From assembly GCF_964188315.1 (NCBI RefSeq), contig NC_135665.1, forward strand, positions 37,262,001 to 37,326,000: a stretch of DNA of 64,000 nucleotides, in the 5' to 3' direction. The position numbers and the translations under genes are program-made. Under the pieces are notes generated by a model, which did not search any database, had not been told where the DNA came from, and saw nothing but the letters and a program-made list of their open reading frames with translations. This stretch comes from Podarcis muralis. Taxonomy: Eukaryota. Below are positions 60,325-64,000 of the stretch, one piece after another; position 1 is the first letter of the stretch; every line of letters begins with the position of its first letter.

Positions 60325-60740
60325 CACACCCTCCCAGTGTCCCAATTTTTCAGGGATGCTCCCAGAATTATGAAAGTCATCCCGGCTTCTGATTTGATCC
60401 TGGAATGTCCCTATTTCCCCCTCCAGTGCCGCTACTGCCAAGCTCGGGGAGGAGGGTGAGCTGGCGCTTGTCCCAAACAATGGCAGTGGTGGCAATGAGG
60501 GAGAATCTCATTGCATCTCCATGGCTGCCGCCACTGCCGGCCTCCTCCCTTGGCAGCTCTTGGTGGCTGCTGGAGAGTGGGCTAGGAGGAGAGGCTGACA
60601 AGGCCCAGCCCTGAGTGATGTGCCAGCTCTGAGAGGGCAGGGCCGCCCTGGTGGGAAGAAAGGGGGAGCGGAGCACAAGGAGTCTTGTTTTTGGTTTTTG
60701 GTTTTTTAAAAAATTGCTCTGTGTGTCCATGTCTTGCCCT
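60325..60740. mobile_element. hAT-like non-autonomous element, long form (family of 33785-34102)
   Basis: acaccctcccagtgtcccaatttttcaggga.. terminal block plus GC-rich interior homologous to the 33.8 kb copy. Confidence 0.65.
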
Positions 60741-60761
60741 TTCCAAAATTTATTTATTGGT

Positions 60762-60994
60762 GAAGAAGAAGAGTTTGGATTTGATCTCCTGCTTTATCAC
60801 TACCCTAAGGAGTTGGTTAACAATCTCCTTTCCCTTCCTCCCCCACAACAAACACTCTGTGAGGTGAGTGGGGCTGAGAGACTTCAAAGAAGTGTGACTA
60901 GCCCAAGGTCACCCAGCAGCTGCATATGGAGGAGCGGGGAAGCGAACCTGGTTCACCAGATTACGAGTCTACCGCTCTTAACCACTACACTGGC
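60762..60994 (-). mobile_element. tRNA-CORE SINE (Squam3-type), young
   Basis: Reverse complement nearly identical to 25162-25406. Confidence 0.9.
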
Positions 60995-61958
60995 TCTCAC
61001 TGGTGTATGTTTTTATTTTTGTGAATCTACCAAAGAATAAACTAAAATTGGGATTAAGGAGTTTTCTCAGGATAGTGGAGGGTATTTGTGCTGTGTGAAT
61101 TGGTGGTGTCACTCGCCTTTCTTCTGATACGAAATGCTCTGTGGGTGGGGGACCCAAAAAAAGGGGGGGAGTTGAGTAGGTTCAGTTGGTGGGCAAGTGA
61201 GAAATGTTCCTCTTTTCATCTGAGAAATGTTGGAGGGTATTTACATGTAACATATACTTGACCCTTTATGCACATGACTCAGCTATGTAGAAGCTGGGGT
61301 GTAGACAGAACCAACTAAAAACATGTTTTCCTTCCTTCAGAAGATATAGTTTGCTGATTGCGACATTTTAAGCATTTCTTCGGGGCTTTGTGAAATAGCC
61401 GGAATTTTTCAAAAGCCTCCTCAGATCGTGTCTTTCCTATTGTTTGCCCACATAGTTGGCTGTTACGGCACTTATTTTACTGCCAGCAAGAGATTCCCAG
61501 GCCATTGCATCGTGAGGTGGGGTGTTTGTGTGGAAGCATTCTGATGATAAATCTTCACAGCTTTGCGAATTCCACTCTGGCAACAATGGACTGTCTGCAA
61601 ACAAAACAATGTCTTCCTAAGGCTGGAATGCTGTGCCAGGGTCCTGGATTCTATAAAAAAGAGGGTTGAAATCTAATGATGGATTCTGTTGCTGAATTAG
61701 CCAGGCAGGGGTTGTCGTTGCCGCCTAAGGAAGGTCATTAGTATAACAAAGGAGGTTGTTCTGTGCCAGAAGACACGTGGGTGGGCCCCCTCCCTCACCT
61801 GTGAGAAGGACACTAGTCAGACAGGAGTGAGCGAGTGAGTGCTGGGCTGGAAGCAGGCAGAAGCTTGAGAGGGAAAGCCATGCTTGATTTCTGCTAGAAT
61901 CCAGGGCTTGACTATATGTTGGAAGCTTCCCCAGCCACTCAGAACAGCTTCCAACATA

Positions 61959-62202
61959 CAGTCATACCTTGGTTTTCAAACAGCTTTAGTTCTCAGACGT
62001 TTTGGCTCCCAAACACCGCAAACCCAGAATTCCAGTTTGTGAACTATTTTTGGAACCCGAATGTCCAACGAGGCTTCCACGGGTTCCAACTGGCTGCAGG
62101 AACTTCCTGCAGCCAATCCGAAGCCACGCTATGGTTTCCGAACGTTTTGGAAGTCAAACGGACTTCCGGAATGGATTCTGTTCAACTTTCAAGGTACATT
62201 TG
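61959..62202. mobile_element. Tc1/mariner-type MITE, family C
   Basis: ta|cagtcataccttgg ... caaggtacatttg|ta; body related to fragment at 37745-37817. Confidence 0.8.
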
Positions 62203-62291
62203 TATATAAAAGCATAATAAAACAATAAACTTTAAAAAAAAACACTTCCACATACAAGGTTGCCTTCAAATGGTTAGGAGTCGGATAACTC

Positions 62292-62414
62292 CATACCCTC
62301 CAACATTTCTCGAATGAAAATATAAGGAAAAGCGGGACATTCCAGGATAAATCAGAAACCGTGACTTCTGTAAATCCAGGACTGTTCCTGGAAAATAGGG
62401 ACACTTGGAGGGTA
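62292..62414. mobile_element. hAT-like MITE, short form
   Basis: TIR ataccctccaa / ttggagggtat. Confidence 0.75.
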
Positions 62415-63109
62415 TTACTGAGACCCACTGCCTCCAAGAGTGAAGGTAGAATGAAGCTAGTGGCAGGAGCTGCTGTTTCTGTCTATGCTCTGGCTTCTGC
62501 TTCTTGCAGGATTTGCACACACTGCATGGCTGGTGTTTTTCTTCAACAAGCCAGCCTGTGCCTCTTCACTTGTTACGACAGCAGCTTTTCCTGGAAGCTC
62601 TCGAGTGAGCATCGGCAAGCAAAACACAACTGCCTGAAAGCGACTCGCACTTTGCCAGATCGGCTGCCCAAACCCAAATCACAATCATAAAGCTTCCAAT
62701 GCGGAATTGTTATCACACACGCAGTGTGTTCTTTGGCAGGGATGACACAGCTGGACAGAGTTGCAGCATTCTGCCAATGAAAACAGAGAGAAGCAAGAAA
62801 AATCCTAAAACTACACACAGAGGCAAAAGGGAACGGAAAGCCACACCGTGAGTACTGCCGTTGTGATCTATGACTGAACGTTTGTAGTTCATTCTCTTGC
62901 TGAACAGATCTGTGTAAAATGGAATTCAGAGGCCTAGCGTGTCATGGGCAGAGCACTGGATTTAGCTACTCCTTTCCGCTAGCAGAATCCATTCTTGAGG
63001 ATCAAGAAAACCCCCAGAACAGCACACAGGGAGAGGAGAGCGGAAATGATTCTGCCAGACAAGCAGAAGGCCTGCATTGAAGGAACAATATCCTTAGAGC
63101 TATGTTGAA

Positions 63110-63310
63110 TTCAACATGGAGTGACAAACCAGGACTAGAGAGAGCCAGGTTCAAATCCCCACTCAGCCACTCACTGGGCATCGTTGGGCCACTCCCGAAG
63201 CCTTAGCCTAACCTACCTCACAGGGCTGTTGTGATAAAATGGAGAAGAGGCCCATGGGTGCTGTTTTAAGCTTTTGAGAGGAGGAGTGAGATATACACAT
63301 ACTAAATAAT
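63110..63310 (+). mobile_element. Old MIR-like tRNA-CORE SINE
   Basis: ccaggttcaaatcccc..ctcagcc..cctaacctacctcacagggctgttgtg. Confidence 0.65.
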
Positions 63311-63769
63311 ACTAAATACCTTAGGGTACAGCTCCCTATTGCAAATGCTTTGACAGGTGCAGCCTTGGCCAGTTTACATGGTGTATGAGCCTATCCTTGC
63401 CTCCATTGTATCCTGCAAAAAGTCACCTGCTGCATTCAATTTCCTTTAGAATAGGTTTCCAGAAGAGGAAACCTAAACAAATATACATATCCTCAGTCAC
63501 AGTCCAACCAGTACAAAGCAAGACTCAATTTTGCAATGTGTTTTAGAGTTTCTAATAACTTTAAAAGCTCAAGCAATAACTTCGAAAACTTCAAAACCTC
63601 AAGCTGTAATCAAGTAAGCAACACTGACTTGAATGGGACTTGCCTTTGAATGAAAGTGCACAGAAACAGACTGAGCAGATCACTTCACGTGCGGCATTAG
63701 CAGGCACACACAAGTACCTAGCTATGTGCATTGAAATGCCCCGTGTCACCCTATCTATAACATGCACCC

Positions 63770-63917
63770 CTTTTATCCTCACAACCACCCTGTGAGGTAG
63801 GTCAGACTAAGAGATAGTGACTGGCCAAAGGTTGCACAATGAGCTTCATGCCTGAGTGGGGCCTCGAACCCTAGTCCCCCAGGTCCTAGTCCAACACTCC
63901 AACCACTGCACCACACT
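63770..63917 (-). mobile_element. MIR-like tRNA-CORE SINE
   Basis: atcctcacaaccaccctgtgaggtagg..ctcgaaccctagtccccc..aaccactgcaccacactg. Confidence 0.8.
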
Positions 63918-64000
63918 GTATCTATGAGTGTTGTGATGTGTGTGGCAGCCCTTTCCCTTACTCTGGTCCTTCTTCCTTTCTTTTTGCACATACAAGAAAA

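Noticed and set aside
1-64000. CRISPR array, prokaryotic operon or defence system
   Set aside because: The sequence is vertebrate; recurring repeats are dispersed SINEs and MITEs, with no regularly spaced direct repeats and no long ORFs.

Overview
Vertebrate genomic DNA, almost certainly a squamate and probably a lacertid lizard (inferred from the Sauria SINE subfamilies, Bov-B, L2 and MITE content). I could not recognise any host protein-coding gene. The only ORFs with recognisable homology are retrotransposon remnants: two Bov-B RT C-termini and degraded L2 ORF2 pieces. The window looks like a large intron or intergenic interval. It holds about ten Sauria SINEs, tRNA-headed SINEs, many hAT and Tc1/mariner MITEs, LTR-like relics and microsatellites, separated by repeat-free, CpG-retaining blocks that look like conserved non-coding elements, plus a few orphan splice-site signatures. 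The most interesting observations are: (1) a complete minimal type I hammerhead ribozyme core inside a Penelope-like fragment at 30810-30849; (2) two independently inserted ~0.5 kb Bov-B copies whose 5' ends coincide within 5 nt; (3) a hAT MITE flanked by a perfect 13-bp inverted repeat instead of the 8-bp TSD its siblings carry; (4) two SINEs with the same CR1-type tail but different tRNA heads (Lys versus Ile). Most of these extend known phenomena; I found no convincing wholly new biological system. Family names come from recalled consensus features, not database searches, and edges of old repeats are approximate.
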